From NCBI GenBank assembly GCA_973895155.1, contig OZ316891.1:3733801-3797800 (forward strand): a stretch of 64,000 bases of DNA, read 5' to 3'. The position numbers were made by a program, and so were the translations under genes. Numbering within the stretch: the first letter of the stretch is position 1; the number at the start of each line of letters is the position of its first letter. This stretch comes from Marsupella aquatica (lineage: Eukaryota; Plantae; Marchantiophyta). Below, one piece after another: positions 62,714-64,000 of the stretch. The notes beneath the pieces are model-generated. The model was not told the DNA's origin, searched no databases, and worked only from the letters and a program-made list of their open reading frames with translations.

Positions 62714-64000
62714 AGCCAGCGTACCAGCCTAGGTTTTGAAGACCCAACTGTGTCCTGTCACCAATTCTTTGCCTCTGCCAAAACTTTGTCCGTGCTGGCC
62801 TTGCTATCGAAAGATTCTGCTGCTAAAGATCTACATTAGTTTCCGATGGCCAGTGTCTAGAGCCTTCCGCGCTCAGGAGCTCATCTGTGATGAAACCGTT
62901 ATTTGAACCTCTCTTTCCGATTAAGCTGTTAGTGTGCTCAATGTTTCCTGTCATACAACTGGCATGTGGTTGACCTTCCAGAGACATAGACGAAATTTGG
63001 TTCTTTGGAAAAGTTTTAAATCTCCGAATGGCATTCGTCCCCTCGCTCTGGAAGACAGTGCAATCGAAGCACTTACAAGGGTGATTATGTCCTCGGATCT
63101 GCCATGTAGTCACTTGAGGTAATTCCTTCTTGGCCATCAGACCACTTTGTCAATCAAGACAATACGGAGTACTTCAGGTGGACGCTTTTTTGTAGTGGAT
63201 CTCAGCAACGGGCTGTCATCGAATTTGTTTGTTCATTAGTTCAACGCTGAAGTCAATTTCTTGGTCATTTACGAGATTGTGTTGCAGGGATGATGTGGCG
63301 GGGATATAGCGAGGCTGGACGCACTAGGCTGGACGCACTAGGTAGTGAGATTTGTTCATTGAGGTGAATTTTAATCTTTAAGATCTGATAGATTATTCAT
63401 CTGTGGGTGTCAGTCATTCATATTCAATATCGCTTACCGGGAATAGACAGGTAAGATGTGTCTCTTGATTTCACCCTTCTTTGCGTTCCAACATCACCTG
63501 TAATTATAGCCCCTCCCTGGAGAACGAAATTTTGAAGTATTGATGGAGTACAATTTCTTTTTATCCTGGACAGAGTTATCCATGTGCAACATCTTGAGTC
63601 TAGAATGTTCTACAGCAGTTTTTGCACGCGAAGCTGGGTGTTTAAAGTTTTCACTTGAAGATAAACATATTTGGTAACTGAGCTTCAATTTCAGCCCAGA
63701 AGTGGAATCTGTCCGCTTCGTTGACATGATGATATGAAATTGGTTCTGGATTTCCCTTGAAATGTCCTTTCTGAATGTCGTTCTGGATGTTCATATGTAA
63801 GACTCTTCCATCACTTCTTCTATGCTTATTGCTAAGAGCGAAGACCAATTTTATGCACTGGGAAGTAAAACCGCCACTGTCGCTTTGGCTCACTTTTTTG
63901 CTTTCTTAAGAACAGTATTTACAAATCATGGCGACCTGGATCCACCATTTTTTGAAACTGGACAGTGGCGTGCTAACGATAGAGGGTGAACACTTGGGAG

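Overview
Eukaryotic, intron-containing land-plant DNA. The gene style and transposon content suggest a bryophyte such as a liverwort (inference, not provable from this window). Six intact host genes can be assembled by eye: RPS18, an ASCH-domain protein, a NUFIP1/CCCH protein, cyanase, inositol polyphosphate multikinase (IPK2) and a Btz-motif protein. They sit among transposon debris and many local tandem duplications. Main points of interest: (1) a complete 5.3-kb PIF/Harbinger-superfamily element (15-bp TIRs, AAT TSD, Pangu/rust-fungus-like ORFs) carrying an unexpected third gene for an RPA1-C-like zinc-binding OB-fold protein; (2) a frameshifted fungal-type DUF4419 gene and a fungal-style SMP/LEA-like microprotein, both horizontal-transfer candidates; (3) an AT-AC U12 intron in IPK2; (4) a segmental duplication whose second copy was split by three transposon insertions; (5) a near-complete CRE-like RLE retrotransposon; (6) a symmetric duplicated exon in NUFIP1. 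All family assignments come from motif recognition, not database searches.
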